Positions 61,201-64,000 of a stretch of DNA of 64,000 bases are shown piece after piece. Under the pieces are notes generated by a model, which saw nothing but the letters and a program-made list of their open reading frames with translations, was not told the origin of the DNA and did no database searches. Where the stretch lies: the NCBI RefSeq assembly GCF_006345805.1, contig NC_043000.1, forward strand, positions 161,696,001-161,760,000, read 5' to 3'. Numbering within the stretch: position 1 is the stretch's first letter; every line of letters starts with the position of its first letter. The translations under genes were made by a program, and so were the position numbers. The stretch comes from Octopus sinensis. Taxonomy: Eukaryota.

Positions 61201-62283
61201 CATGATTTGTTGCAGATGCTTTCGATCTTTTAGGCTTTAAATCTGTTAAATAGATTTGGCTCCCACGTGTATAACAGATGACTCGCCTACCTGGGGTGCT
61301 GCATTTTAAATTTTTCCTCTAAGCATCCTCTGCAGTTCTAGAATTTCCTGTTACTAGTAATCTATAGTTACCTCACATGATTACCGTAATGTCCAAGTAC
61401 TGCATGCTGTAAGGCGCTTTTCAGAGGATATCTTTCATCCTTAAGCCCTCCTATTATCTGGATTCGGATCTTTTCCTTTCTTTTTCTCTTGTTTTCTTTT
61501 TTACTTTCCCCTAGATGTAGTTCTCACAATTCTCCAGTCTCGTCTCCTCCCTATTCTAGTGAAGACACGCCACGACTCTTCATTGTCCTTGCTTGAAAAT
61601 ATACTCTCTGAGGTACAAAAAGGATGACCACGTCTGGTACACTTTTAATCATAGGTGTACCTGATGAGTGTTAACAGAAAGGTGAAAGTAATGCCAAAAC
61701 CTACGGGATTTGAATGCATAATATACAGAACGTAAAGAGAACAACGTAACTGAACCTCTGGCTACATTTCTTCCGTTATTCAACTATTCCTGCATTAACA
61801 ATTATTTTTAATAAATCTCACCGTTCCTGAAATTATTCTATATATTTTGGTTATTAAATTCCATCCTAACATTTCTTGTACAATATTACCATTTGATTAA
61901 ACGCATTATTAGGCTCTCCTCTACAAAATTCCAGGCAAAAACGTTTATTAATTTCCTTAATATAATTTTTTTTCAGTAAAACTAAACGTCGACGAGTTAT
62001 TCTCCACAGAAAATTGTTAACATTTATAATATTTACTCCTTCTTGTTAAATAAGTATGTTGTTGTTATCCTTCTTAACGATAGTTTATGCTGTTTGTTCG
62101 TTTTGCATTTTGCATTTGTTTTATTTTTAAATATATTTTGCCGTGGGAAATGAAGCGGTGTCGTATCAGAGTTATAGAGGGCAAAGTAGTAGATTCTGAA
62201 CTTCTGAGATCCGGTACGGCAGTATTACTAATGATTTATTATTGGAATACGAAATTGTCTATGGGACAAGGTAAAAATATCTG

Positions 62284-62336
<53 letters not shown>

Positions 62337-62964
62337 TAATAATAATAATGTTATTTAAGAAGAAATCCTATACAAATCTGATGAAATTTTAAAAATATAT
62401 TTATGCTGGAATTAGGTTGACAGATATGTTTTTCTCACTCGCCTTTTTTTTTCTCTCTCTCTCTCTCTCTCGCTCTCTCTATCCTTTTCTCTCTATCCCT
62501 CCCTCTTTCTCTCTCACTATGTATATACATAAATATTTATATATCATATATATATGTATGTATGCATGTATGTATGTATTTATATACGCACATGCATAAA
62601 TAAATATATATATATATTCAAACTCGCACGCGCACACACACACACACACATAAATATATATGAATGTTTATATGTGTGTTTGTTGTGTGTTTGAGTGTAT
62701 CTGGCATGGGAGCAAGACATTTCTAATGTCTCGACTAATGAAACAAAGATTTCATCTTTTAATGATGTTTGGTTCCACAGAGAATTTCTACCAGAGGACC
62801 AATCATTATTCCCCTCATGTCTGTGAGTATTAGACAACGGATATAAACTTCGGTAAAATATTGGCAAATGTTTTAAACAAATATAACTTGTTACATCTAA
62901 ACATCTGAATCATAAGACCGGCTACGACGGTCTGGATGCCGATCACTGTTAAGTTCAGTAATGA

Positions 62965-62975
62965 TAGATAATATA

Positions 62976-63051
<76 letters not shown>

Positions 63052-63070
63052 TATATATATTATATATATA
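62965..63070. repeat. (TA)n microsatellite
   Basis: Direct reading. Confidence 0.95.
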
Positions 63071-63519
63071 TTTGTTTCATTAAATTTGTTTCAAATACTC
63101 CGAATTACACTTTGTTACATGTATGTATGTATGTATTAAGTGTTCAGAATAATTTTTCCATCGTCTTAACAGCCCTCATCGTTTGTTTTTATTGTGTTAT
63201 TCTCATTGTTCTATCTTTTACTGTCTTGTTTTGTTCTTACTGTCTTGTTCTAGTTTTTACCACTTTTATCCCTCCGCAAAAAAAAAAATTTTTTATTTAA
63301 TTTGCTTTGCGGGAAGGATTGTTTCAACGAAGTCGCGTCTTGTCCTTACCTTCGAAACGCGGAGTAGATGAAACAGGGACAACTGATGAAGGGGAATATC
63401 CCTTGTGTTATATGTCTTGTTTCTCTGTTTTATCGTTGTGTGAAAAAAAGTTTGTTTCAATGTTTTTGTTTTTATGTTTTCATTTCTCATTGTGTTCATA
63501 TATGCCTGTATATATACAT

Positions 63520-63700
63520 ATATATGTAGGTGTGTACATATATGTATGTATATATGCATATATTCATATATTATTTATATTATTATGTATGTATGTATGT
63601 ATGTATGTGTGTATGTATGTATGTATGCATTTATGCATGTATGTATGTATCTATGTATGTATGTATGTATGTATGTATGTATGTATGTATGTGTGTATGT
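63520..63700. repeat. (TA)/(TATG)n microsatellite
   Basis: Direct reading. Confidence 0.95.
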
Positions 63701-64000
63701 ATTATTGGTTTAATAGTTAATAAATTTGCATCTCCATCTTGAGTTCACATCCTTGATGCCACTGTGTGACATTTGCAGCATACACAGAGGTTTCGTTGTG
63801 GTCGTGCTATCTGTAAAAATAATGATATATTATATTGCCAGTGCACATAACAATGACCAACAGATTTTTTTTAAACCATCAGCCTATAAATCACTGGCAG
63901 TTTTGAGGGAGGATATGATGACATATATACAAAGATTTGCCTATCATGTATCTGGCAAAGATTTTGAAAGTTTCCATTTCAATATATTCATTATCGATTG

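Noticed and set aside
61655-61700. CTGATGA...GAAA
   Set aside because: No convincing helix I, II or III pairing.
63350-63410. CTGATGA followed by an AGGG/CCCT stem
   Set aside because: No GAAA after the stem, so the hammerhead core is incomplete.
20804-63742. Dozens of ORFs of MYVC/IHTY/YLSI/ERER/SSSS type in the ORF track
   Set aside because: They are translations of (TATG)n, (GATA)n, (GA)n and (AGT)n microsatellites, not genes.
1-64000. CRISPR arrays, prokaryotic operons, rRNA genes
   Set aside because: None seen; the recurring repeats are dispersed SINEs and microsatellites of a eukaryotic genome.

Overview
AT-rich eukaryotic (animal) genomic DNA. The SINE families, the LINE/Penelope repertoire and the microsatellite load most resemble an octopus (coleoid cephalopod) genome; this is recognition, not a database result. 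There is no complete protein-coding gene, and most ORFs in the supplied track are microsatellite or transposon artefacts. Transposon content: several tRNA-derived SINE families (labelled A-F here; monomer, dimer and nested forms, some with clear TSDs), decayed RLE-type (R4/Dong-like), L1/Tx1, RTE and I/Jockey-group LINE fragments, three Tc1/mariner relics (mariner DD34D-type, DD41D rosa-type, probable maT-type), two Helentron-type non-autonomous elements and a MITE. A Penelope-like (PLE) cluster at 28.0-33.2 kb includes a very young GIY-YIG fragment duplicated in tandem. Two less obvious signals stand out. (1) Six unrelated repeat types carry type I hammerhead-ribozyme motifs, mostly of the minimal palindromic-helix-III kind, and one is a tRNA-headed SINE. 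(2) A series of frame-preserving candidate cassette exons/microexons on the + strand (90, 60 and 24 nt with GTAAGT donors, all open in phase 1) suggests the window lies inside a large alternatively spliced gene; two peptides weakly recall the variable RCK1-RCK2 linker exons of slowpoke/BK channels (unproven). Coordinates of decayed repeats are approximate.
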